The notes under the pieces are model-generated. The model had not been told where the DNA came from, did not search any database, and saw nothing but the letters and a program-made list of their open reading frames with translations. From Utricularia gibba (Eukaryota; Plantae; Magnoliophyta): a stretch of 64,000 nt of DNA. Shown piece after piece: positions 13,201-24,480 of the stretch. The stretch covers positions 1-64,000 of the forward strand of contig CM007989.1 in the NCBI GenBank assembly GCA_002189035.1. Reading direction: 5' to 3'. The stretch's first letter is position 1. Each line of letters opens with the position of its first letter. The position numbers and the translations under genes are program-made.

Positions 13201-16200
13201 TATCCTGGATCTAGTGAAGAGCTGGGTTGAGGAGAACTTGGATAAATCAGTAACTTCAGGCGGCTCTGGAACTTTTATGTCCCATAAGGATGTTGTATCG
13301 TTACTACAGAAGCTTTCACAAGTAGATAAGGTCCAATTTTCCGTAAATTTTGTGGAGGAGTGGGATAGGAAATATCTTGAACTTCTCTATGGACTCTGTG
13401 CTGATTCAAACAAGTAATAACATCCGAAGTTACAGTTTTTCTGGTCTCAATAGTCAATGCAATATATTAATCTACTTATCTTGCAGGTCTCACCTTCCTC
13501 TTTGTCAAGAAGTGTTTCAGAAAGTAGAGCGACAATATTTAATGGGTTTGAGGGCAAAGGATCCTCAAGTGAGAAGTCGGTTTTTTGCTCTCTATGATGA
13601 GTCCCTGGGGAAAACTTTGTTTACCCGGCTGCATTATATTATACAAATTCAAGACTGGGAGGCTTTGAGTGATGTCTTTTGGCTTAAACAGGGGCTTGAT
13701 CTGCTTTTGGCTATACTGGTTGAGGACAAACCTATTACACTTGCTCCAAACTCAGCAAAGATTCCACCTGTTTGGATGTCAGTTGTTCCTGACTCAATGG
13801 GGATACAACCAATGGCAACTGATATTGCTGAAGTCTCAGACGATCATCCTCTAACACTTGACAAACTTATTTCAACTCATGCCCGTTTCCTTAATGATAT
13901 GAGCAAGCTTAAGGTTTTTCTTTTTTTTTTCTTGGTTTAATCCGCTGCTAAGATTCAGATATGTGTATGCTAAAAAAGCCCACCTTTGAGTAAATTTTAT
14001 CTGGAAATTTTAGCGTGCTGCTTGATCTTCCATGTGCCATTTGATCCAAACTGCATGCACTTTTATTTCATTAGTTTCCAAACTTCTGAATGCCAAGATT
14101 TTAGGGAGCACTTCCTAATCTTTTTTAGCACACACATAGCTAATCCTCAGTTGACGGCCTATATTTTTTTATTGTTACACTCTTCTATCCATGGTTATTG
14201 TCAGCTGTTTGCATGGCATTAATAACATCTTCGGTGTTGTAGGTTGTGGACCTTATTATCCCTCTACGAGAGCTAGCTCATACAGATGCAAATGTTGCTT
14301 ACCATTTATGGGTTTTGGTTTTTCCCATCGTTTGGGTGACCTTGCTAAAGGATGAACAGGTGGCACTAGCTAAACCTATGATAGCTCTTCTATCAAAAGA
14401 TTACCATAAAAAGCAGCAGGCACATAGGCCAAATGTTGTTCAAGCTCTTCTTGAAGGGCTTCAATTAAGTCACCCACAGCCACGCATGCCCAGTGAACTG
14501 ATTAAATTTATTGGGAAGACGTACAATGCATGGCACATCGCCCTTGGTCTTCTTGAGAGTCATGTATTGCTGTTTGTGACTGACTCAAAGTGTTGTGAAT
14601 CTCTGGCCGAGCTTTATCGTTTGCTTCATGAAGAAGATATGAGATGTGGCCTGTGGATGAAACGGTCAATTACTGCAGAAACTAGGTCTGGTCTTTCACT
14701 TGTTCAACATGGCTATTTTCAGAAAGCACAAGCCCTTTTCTATCAAGCGATGATGAAGGCAACACAAGGAACATACAATAATACTGTCCCAAAGGCTGAA
14801 ATGTGTTTGTGGGAAGAACAATGGCTTCATTGTGCAACTCAGCTTAGCCAGTGGGATGCTCTTTCAGATTTTGGGAAACATGTTGAAAATTATGAGATAC
14901 TCATGGATTGTCTCTGGAAACAACCAGATTGGCCTTACTTAAAACACCAGGTTATTCCCAAGGCTCAGTTAGAAGAAACTCCAAAACTTCGTATTATTCA
15001 GGCGTACTTTGCCCTTCATGAAAAAAGTACTAGTGGATTGCCAGAGGCTGAAAATATTGTGGAAAAAGGTATTGAACTGGCTTTGGAACAATGGTGGCAA
15101 TTGCCTGACATGTCCATCCATACAAGAATTCCTCTTCTTCAGCAGTTTCAGCAGCTTGTTGAAGTGCAAGAATCAGCCAGGATATTAGTTGATATTGCAA
15201 GCGGGAACAAACTTTCTGGAAGTTCTGTTGTTGGTGTTCATGGTGGATTATATGCGGATCTGAAGGATATACTGGAGACCTGGAGGCTGAGGACACCAAA
15301 TGAATGGGACAACATGTCAGTGTGGTACGATTTGCTACAATGGAGGAATGAAATGTACAATGCAGTTATAGATGTCTTCAAGGATAATACAAACTCCCAG
15401 CTCCACCATCTAGGCTTTCGTGACAAGGCATGGAATGTGAATAAGCTTGCTCATGCTGCACGGAAGCATGGCTTACATGATGTTTGTGTTTCAATACTAG
15501 AAAAGATGTATGGCCACTCGACGATGGAAGTTCAGGTGCATGTTAATTTTCTCACTATTTATCTAAGTGGTGTGCTTCCCTCTTTCTTAATTTTTTTGGG
15601 GAATTGACTCCAAATATGGGCTGGTTCTCGATTCTCCCTGTGGGTGTATTTTAATAAGTTAGATTTCCTGTTTGAGCTTCCCGTTTACTGAGATGGGTTG
15701 ATTTTTATTGTTCTGTTTCCAGTTCCTAATTATCTTTTGCTCGCAGGAAGCTTTTGTAAAAATAAGAGAACAAGCAAAGGCATTCTTGGAAATGAGGGGG
15801 AGCTAACCAGTGGTCTTAATTTGATTAATAGCACTAATCTGGAATATTTTCCCGTCAAACATAAGGCTGAAATTCTGCGTCTTAGAGGTGATTTTCTATT
15901 GAAGCTAAGTGACCGTGAGGGGGCGAATGTCGCATATTCAAATGCCATCACCCTCTTCAAGAACTTGCCTAAAGGATGGATTAGTTGGGGAAGTTATTGT
16001 GACATGGTACGGGCATTGCTTTTGTGCTGGCATTGAATCTAGGTTTGAAGATCATGTGTATCTTTTCTTATGACAGGCACACAGAGAAACCAATGAAGAG
16101 GTCTGGTTAGAATATACGGTCAGCTGCTTCCTTCAGGGTATTAAATTTGGCAGTCCAAATTCAAGAAGCCACCTCGCACGTGTATTGTATCTTCTGAGCT

Positions 16201-19185
16201 TTGATACGCCCAATGAGCCTGTTGGAAGGGCATTTGATAAGTACCTGGACCAAGTGCCTCACTGGGTTTGGCTTTCTTGGATTCCCCAGCTGTTGCTTTC
16301 ACTACAAAGACCTGAAGCTCCTCATTGCAAGCTTGTTTTACTTAAAATCGCAACCGTGTATCCTCAGGTTAACGTCTTTTGGAACAATGATGCTGACTTT
16401 TTTCCATGTTGAGAATATTTTGTTAAGTATTGAGTTTAAATTACAGGCATTGTACTACTGGCTTCGGACATATCTTCTTGAGCGTCGGGATGTGGCAAGT
16501 AAGTCTGAATATGGTAGACTGATGGCTCAGCAAAGAATGCAGCAAAACATGTCAGGTGTAGTTGGGGCTGTTTCTACTGGGGTGCCTGATGGAAATGCTC
16601 GTGTGGCTTCTCAAGGTGGTGCCACGAACTCAGAGAATCAACTTCATCAGGGAACTCAGTCTTCTGGAGCTGTTGGGCCACATGATATTAGTGGCGGTCA
16701 TGGTCAAGAGAATGAAAGACTAGAGGCAAGTGAAACTAGTTTTCAATCTGGCAATGAGCAACCATTAAATCAAGGTTCGTCAACCAATCAAGGCAGCCAA
16801 AATGCGTTTAGACGTGGGGATGCAATGGGATTGGTAGCCTCTGCTGCTAGTGCTTTTGATTCTGCAAAAGATATCATGGAAGCCCTAAGAAGCAAGCACA
16901 GCAATCTGGCTAGTGAGCTCGAGGTATCTCCATCTTTAGTTTTGTGCTGTGACCTTCTTTTCTTCCTTGATGCTACGTGGTCACTGTCAGTCAAACCGCT
17001 GTTCTTCTTAAGTTGATAAATTTTAAGTGTTTCAGTAATCGTTGTATATTTACAGATTCTACTGACAGAGATTGGGTCGAGGTTTGTAACATTGCCTGAA
17101 GAGAGACTGCTGGCTGTAGTCAATGCCCTGCTTCATCGTTGTTACAAGTATCCAACAGCAACCACAGCCGAAGTTCCCCAGTCTCTAAAGAAAGAGCTTT
17201 CTGGCGTTTGTAAGGCTTGCTTTTCGGCAGATGCTGTGAACAAGCATATAGAATTTGTGAAGGAATACAAGCAAGATTTCGAGCATGACCTTGATCCAGA
17301 TTGTACTGCAACATTCCCAGTTACACTTGCTGATCTAACTGAGCGACTCAAGCACTGGAAGAATATTCTTCAAACCAATGTTGAAGATCGGTTCCCACCT
17401 ATTCTGAAGCTGGAGGATGAAAGCAGAGTATTGCGAGATTTTCACATTGTAGATGTTGAAGTTCCTGGACAGTATTTTACTGAGCAGGTTTGTCATCTAA
17501 AATCGAATTCTGTGGTAGCCTTGTTTTTAATGATCTTCACTTACAATTGTAACGTCTCCAGGTACATAGGCCAGTGTTCTATTTTGTATTCACTGTGCTC
17601 TCTTTGTTAATGCCAATTTTCGGGTGTATTGTCATTCCGTAATCTAGCTCACTGAACGTCATTCTACTGATGGGCCTTGACAGGAAGTTGCTCCTGATCA
17701 CACAGTGAAGTTGGATAGGGTGGCAGCGGACATTCCTATTGTCAGGAGGCATGGTAGCAGCTTCCGGCGTTTGACCCTCATAGGTTCTGATGGCTCTCAG
17801 CGCCATTTCATTGTTCAAACATCTTTGACTCCGAATGCCAGGAGTGATGAAAGAATCTTGCAACTGTTTCGAACTATGAACAAAATGTTTGATAAGCACA
17901 AGGAATCTCGGCGTCGACACATTTTCATTCATACCCCAATTATTATTCCAGTGTGGTCCCAGGTAATAAACACAAAGCTTTACTTTTTTATTTTTTATTT
18001 TAGTTGATGGAAGATTCATTTATAATCATCCACAATGGTGTGCACTTCTGCAGCTTTTCTTCAGTGAAAATTCTTAGATGCATACTTCGGCTGTTAGCAT
18101 CGCTTGGCTTTCAACTGATTCATTGTTATCTTCCCTTGTAGGTGCGAATGGTTGAAGATGACGTGATGTACAGTACCTTTCTTGAGGTTTATGAGAATCA
18201 TTGTGCAAGACACAATCGTGAGGCTGATTTACCAATAACCTATTTTAAGGAGCAACTGAATCAAGCTATATGCGGTCAGGTATCACCAGAAGCCCAGGTA
18301 GACCTACGACTGCAGGCTTACAATGATATCACCAAAAATATTGTGACGGATGGCATTTTATCACAGTACATGTACAAAACATTGTTAAGCGGAAATCATA
18401 CTTGGGCTTTCAAGAAACAGTTTGCGATTCAGTTAGCTCTATCAAGCTTCATGTCCTACATGCTACAGATTGGAGGAAGATCTCCGAATAAGATTCTGTT
18501 TGCAAAGAACACGGGGAAAATTTTTCAGACAGATTTTCATCCAGCCTATGATACCAATGGAATGATTGATTTCAGTGAACCAGTGCCTTTTCGATTGACG
18601 AGAAATCTTCAAAGCTTCTTCTCACATTTTGGCGTAGAAGGTCTGATTGTCTCCCCAATGTGTTCAGCGGCGCAGGCTGTTGTTTCACCGAAGGTGAGTT
18701 TGCTCTTCACGTTAGCTTGCTTGTCATTGGTCTTTTTTTGTATCATTTACAAGATATTCATGAAAATGCATACAGCAAAGCCAGCATTTATGGCATCATT
18801 TGGCTCTATTTTTCCGTGACGAGCTGATATCCTGGTCTTGGAGAAGACCAACACTTGGAGTGCCTCTGATGCCGGTGGGAGGTGGTAGTTTGAACAACGC
18901 TGACCTCAAACAAAAGGTTGTTGCAAATGTGGAGCAGGTGATGAGCAGGATCAATGGCATAGCGCCACAGAGCATTGCTGAAGAGGTATGCTGATGCTCT
19001 TTGTGCGTGCAGTTGCGAGATTTACCCACTGTTACAACACTGAAACTGGAAATTGAATGGAACAGGATGAAAATGGCGTGGATCCCCCACAGTCGGTGCA
19101 GAGGGGTGTTGGGGAATTGGTTGAGGCTGCAATCACACCGAGGAACCTATGCATGATGGATCCAACTTGGCATCCTTGGTTTTAA
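1206..19185 (+). CDS. TRA1: TRRAP/Tra1 PIKK-family pseudokinase (SAGA/NuA4 scaffold), multi-exon, with four -1 frameshifts as assembled
   Basis: Start MGPVQNFEQHSRHLIEPEL at 1206. GT-AG exon chain runs through HEAT, FAT and PI3K-like regions (e.g. MEVRDSLEICHTGEYLNFL, LQIGGRSPNKILFAKNTGKIFQTDFHP) to the FATC end RNLCMMDPTWHPWF* (TAA 19183-19185). Frameshifts at 6786-88, 7101-03, 7778-81 and 15796-800. Confidence 0.95.
3802..3815 (+). repeat. Poly-G tract (G14) in a TRRAP intron; a second G10 run lies at 10615-10624
   Basis: Directly visible homopolymer runs in otherwise AT-rich introns. Confidence 0.85.
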
Positions 19186-19326
19186 GCTTAAATGTATCGG
19201 CATGTTGAAGAAGAGTTGAACCGTTTCGTAAGCCAATGATCCCACTAACCCCCTAATACAAACATAATGTGACCAGTGGTTGTATATTATCTTAGGCGAG
19301 AGATCGTTGTTAGTAAAACCTCGTTA

Positions 19327-19412
19327 TTGCAATTAGCATTCACCAAGATATCGAGGTGATGTTTAAAAAAAAACTCTGTTGCAGTTAGCATTTACGAGAT
19401 GCCGAGGTTATG
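19327..19412 (+). repeat. Imperfect direct repeat (about 35-bp core, 52-bp period) downstream of the TRRAP stop
   Basis: TTGCAATTAGCATTCACCAAGATATCGAGGTGATG (19327-19361) versus TTGCAGTTAGCATTTACGAGATGCCGAGGTTATG (19379-19412). Confidence 0.55.
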
Positions 19413-20143
19413 AAGGTTCGGACGAATGTTTCATGAGCAGTCTTGTAAGAGACACTATGACGGATATCGAGCTTAAATGATAAAGGGGTGAGCAGTCAGA
19501 CAGAAATGCCTTCCTAGGGACTACAACTCAACAAAAAAATCCTGTGAACACTACCCTTAGTGCCCTACTCTAAAAACTTCCCGAGACTCTTAGGATATGA
19601 CACTGCATAATTTCTATTTAGTAGTGCTGTTAAGGGTCCATCAATATGAAGCCTATCCATACTCGGTCACACACATCAACGTTTCATTTACCAATAATCA
19701 TCCTGTCTCACGGATTGAGAATATGCGTGAGAAAATGCGAGATACAAATCTAACGAAAATAAGACAGAATAATCACAAACATGGCATTTGTTTTTGAATC
19801 CCTGGATATGATGAGTGAATTTATATAACAAGGTATCATATGGGAATGCAACATTTCTGTCGATTAATGGCCCGTCTGTGGGTTGGATTTATTATTTTGA
19901 AATACTAAAAAAGATCATTTGTTCACTAAGTCAGACCATGGGCTAGCCTAGATACTGTTGACATGCTCAAATCTTTAGTTGGGGTTGCGTCATTTGAATG
20001 ATTCCAGAAAAAACATTATAGCAGGCCTTGGAAGTTCAAGGTGTTAGAAAGTTTCATCGTTATTTGCATCATTTGTACCAGAAAAAACAGCTCAAATGGG
20101 ATGATGAAAGAATGTATGTATGATTGAAATGGTAGCAAGTTTC

Positions 20144-20732
20144 CTAACTAGATTTCTGCAGAGTGGATACAAGACTAGAAGCAGCAAATGCAGTAGATCC
20201 ACCGATGATACTGAAAATAGCAATGACAGTCTGAAGAACTACCTCCCATGTGTACTCCTCTGGCACGATGTAGACACAGATTGGCCCAGAGCTAGCAAAA
20301 AAAGGCTCAAAGTAAGAAGAGCCGAGGGCGTTCCAGGGTCTGCTGCAGCAGACAAGACCCCTAATTCTTCAGCCTTTGAGAGGAGGCCGAGCTTCTCTAT
20401 TGTGGACAACGAGAGCCCGAATTTCTCAGCTGCTGTCAACAAGCCCGCTTTCTCCGCCTTGCTCAGAAGCCTTAGCTCCTCCACACGTGTCAAGAGCTTC
20501 ACGGAAGGTGCGAGCACTGGAGCTCCCTCCCGGGGTCCGGGCTTGCCAAGAGGGAATACCGTTCCCGTTCCCTGGACACACGGTAAGAATACATATGAAA
20601 AACTCCCCCAAATTCTAATAAAACTTAGGTTACCCTTCCCGAGCTAATGCTTTTGGTGGTGGAACGTATTGGCTTCTGTGCAGCTAACGACCGGACTAAA
20701 GGAAGGGAACTCGCCATCGCCACAGTCGCCAT
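20144..20732 (-). CDS. RIQ1: DUF1118 thylakoid grana protein (RIQ1-like), 2 exons, one -1 frameshift at about 20283
   Basis: Transit-peptide-like [20 protein letters not shown], an intron (AGG|GTAACC...CCAG), then [10 protein letters not shown]...[53 protein letters not shown]. After restoring one base it continues [19 protein letters not shown]...LVSTLQKSS*. Confidence 0.85.
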
Positions 20733-20860
20733 ACCTACTGAGGATTCGCTTTCCTGCTGCTATGCGAGTAGGCTGGTTGGAAAAAGGACATGCGGCAAAT
20801 GAATGAATGGTGTAGATCTCCTCCTCCGGATGCTGTTTCTATCACTTTATTATTCTTAAA

Positions 20861-20891
<31 letters not shown>

Positions 20892-20925
20892 TAATTATTA
20901 TTACCACCACCATCATCATCATCAT
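20861..20925 (+). repeat. Compound microsatellite (ATT)10...(ATT)3(ACC)3(ATC)n
   Basis: Directly visible between the RIQ1 5' end and the GS 3' end. Confidence 0.9.
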
Positions 20926-21222
20926 GGTGTTATTATTATCAGTCCTAAGGTGAGTATGATTTTGTTTCTTGAGCGGTGGTTAGTATCAGTTCTATTCAAG
21001 GGATAGAAATGAATCACGGTAAGGTGAAAGCAAATCTGATGTTGGATCACAATCATAATCTGGTACAGACTGCATTTTATCAAGGACGATAGTTGGAACC
21101 CAAGATTATTTTTGAAGCCCTTCCATGGCATACAGCTTGAGTGGTAATGAAACACACATTCCCTGTTAATCGGGGTTAGGGTAATTGCGTGCCATTCCAT
21201 TTCCTAGTAGTAGTGGTTCTTC

Positions 21223-23168
21223 TCATCCCTTGAGAAGAAGCGTTGTTTCTGCGATCATTGCAGATACAACATAGGGATCCATGTTGGAAGCTGGCCTCCT
21301 GTCCTCAAAATACCCCTTTCCTTCTTTCTCGGTGTCCCTCCCAACACGAATTGACGCCCCACGATTTGCAACTCCCTAAACCATCCAATCAAGTCACAAA
21401 TTGCATTTGTGAGGACGGGAGGAGCGGCTGGGTAGCTATCAGGTTAACAACACACAAAATTTGATTACCCATTTGAAGGTATTGATGTCAGCTGTTTCAT
21501 GTCGACCGGTTAGACGACGCTCATTGCCCTCTCCATAAGCAGCGATGTGTTCCTTGTGGCGCCGGCCTAGCTTCTCAATAGCCTTCTTGATCACTTCATA
21601 CCCTCCTTTCTCCCTCATTGACTTGGTGCTGCCCAAAAAATTAAATTGTAGGGCATTTAAACTCGACAAAGATGTGTGTGTGTGGAAAAAACAAAAAAAA
21701 AAACAAAGAATCACCTGTAATTGGTGTGACATCCTGCTCCATTCCAGTCTCCCTGGATTGGCTTGGGATCAAAAGATAACACTACTCCAGCAATTTCGGT
21801 GATTCGCTGTAGGACATTATTAAAATGATTGAAATATGCGATACTTGTCACACACACCGGCTCTTTGTTGGTGGTTCAATTGTGTTGTTTGAGTGGTCTG
21901 GTATTATTACCTCCAGTATATAGCGAGCGATCCACACTTCATCTCCAGCGGAGATGCCAACAGAAGGTCCAACTTGAAACTCCCACTGACGGACGATTCA
22001 TCGTTATTTCAGGTGCTCGGAAAACTATAAAGATGTAGATGCTATGCTTACTTTTTCAGACCTACCTGTCCAGGCATGACTTCACCATTTATGCCACTTA
22101 TGTTGATTCCGGCGTAAATGCATGCCTTATAATGAGCATCAACGATATCACGCCCGAAGGCTTTGTCGGCTCCAACTCCACAATAGTAGGGACCCTACGG
22201 AGTTTTAAGAAAGAAATATGATTATCTTGAACTTGGAAAACTGCAAAAATGATGTTGATCACCTGAGGTCCTGGATACCCCCCAGTAGGCCAACCAAGAG
22301 GCCACTTGACATCCTTTTTCAGCAGAGTATACTCTTGCTCAATTCCAAACCTGAAAATTTAAATCTAGTATTGGTGATATTCTATGAAGGTCGAGTTATC
22401 TGAATAACCAAGAAATGAATGTTGTGCAGATCACCATGGTTCTTCAGCAACAACATCAGGGTGACTGAAAACTTTTGCTGCGAAGTTCCTCTTGTTAGTC
22501 GGGATGGGCTCACCAGCGGGAGTGTAAGTATCGCACATCACCTATATCTGACAAGAGTGAGTGGGGAGAACGAAAACGGAGATGGACGTCCAAGATAACT
22601 TACAAGAATGTTGTTTCCTCTCCTGAATGGATCTCTGAAGATTGCTTGAGGACTGTTTGAAAGTAGCACCAGATCAACTCAATCCTTCTCGTGGTATTTC
22701 TTCCATTAAAAAAAAAAATCTTGAGAGAAAGACGTCTTTAAACTCACTATAGGATGACTTCGCTGTCTTGCCCCGGAGCTTGGCCGGTACTAGATCCATC
22801 ATAATTCCACTTTGGAAGCTTTGAAGGATGAGAAACAGGTCCAGAAATAGTCTGCAGTTTCATGTCAAATAAGATGTGTATCTTTCATTAAAAAAAAAAA
22901 AAACAACACTGAGAGAATTACTCTTGCTTTGCTCCGCATATCTATGCCGGATCCCCCAATCCTGGACGCCAGGGCATAGTATAAATGAGAGAACATCAAA
23001 CCAAATGGAATGCAAGAACTAAGATACGTATGCAGAATGAGCACAGAGGACCCATGCAGGCGTCCTGTTAGAAAAGCACAAATTAAATCCTGACCAGACA
23101 TATTCAGCTATGATTTTCTCAGTGGTATCGCTGAGATCGAGGTTGACGAGATCTGTCAGAAACGACAT
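21223..23168 (-). CDS. GLN1: Cytosolic glutamine synthetase (GS1), 11 exons, intact
   Basis: [25 protein letters not shown] / [14 protein letters not shown] / FGIEQEY / [15 protein letters not shown] / [13 protein letters not shown] / RGASIRVG...[10 protein letters not shown]...ETTLLLKG*. No transit peptide and no GS2-type C-terminal extension. All exons join in frame. Confidence 0.96.
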
Positions 23169-24480
23169 TTTTCCCTCCCAAAAAGGTCTGTATTGTGAAG
23201 GCAAGGCACTGGCTACCCCGAGCTGGACTTTTATAGCAATAGATGAAGAAGAAAGGTTAGTGTTGGACTATTTATTAATAATTCCAGTGTCCTATATACT
23301 ACTTTTGCTATAAACACAAGAAAAACAGACTTTGTTTTAAAAACAAAAACGTAAAAGGGAAAACAATTCTTGTCAAAGACACACCGTGTACATACACACA
23401 AAAGAAGAAAAACATTGTTTATGGGAAGATATATGTATGTATATATTTGGAAATTGGGAGGCAACATGTGTGTGTTCTAGACGTGATTCAGTTATCGATT
23501 AGCCAAACAGATGGCAACACCATCTAAGCTGGAAGAGAATGTTGAATCCCAATTGGCTCCAAAAGGACCCAGCGATCCATCTACGATAGTCTAGATTTGT
23601 GAGGTAACACCACTAACTTAACCATGCACCTCGTCGTTTTTACTCTAAAGCCTTGCTGTGCTGTCGTGGAGAAGAGGAAGTTGAATGCTCTTCTCATGAC
23701 GTAAGTATGCCTATAGTTTTATATGATAAACAGAAACGACATAATTAATAGTAGTAGGTTGGCCTGGGGAACCCGTGCCTGTTTGAGTTTGAGCATTGTT
23801 GACTAGCTGCTATCCATAATTAAAATGGCCAAATCACGCATATCTGACCTGACCCGATGCAATGGATCCACGTTGCTTCTCTACTTCCCCAATTAATATC
23901 TTACGCAAGTCAAACCAACCGCGTGATAGCATCCAACTGCAAGCTCTCCTTATACGTCATTCGGATGAATTTAAAAAAGGAAACCCACTTTGGTTTGTCC
24001 TTTACCACAACTCAAAAGTCAGAATGTAGCTTCTAATGGATTCATGGAATTTATTGATTTCAGTTGTACTCGGTGGGATACGCATCCATCAAATTGATAG
24101 TATTAACCTTGAATGTTGAGAAAAAAGAATTTAAGTGGTGGTGTCATTTCATGCTACGGAGATTAGACTTGGCTTGCAGGTGTCATTGATTTTGTTACCT
24201 ATTTTAGTTAAATACTAGGTGTGTAAAGTAGAATGAGTTAAATCCATGACGCTTGGCCCAATACTCAATAACCCATTTTAGGGACCGGACCGTCTTTCTG
24301 AATCTATGGTCTCAGGCCCAAACCAGGCGGGAATTTCTGGCGGCCTTCTCCACGTGGTCTCCGCGTCTTACAGATTTTTCTTACACTGTCTCGACGGTCC
24401 TCAATTTCCATCAAAATCCTACGTTTGAATGCGCCTTCTGAGCTTCTTACCAAGTAAAGGAAGAAGCTGCGAGTGAAAAC

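Noticed and set aside
21223-23168. GS1 has 10 introns, with no intron between PKPIQ and GDW
   Set aside because: Intron number varies among plant GS1 genes, so this is not unusual.
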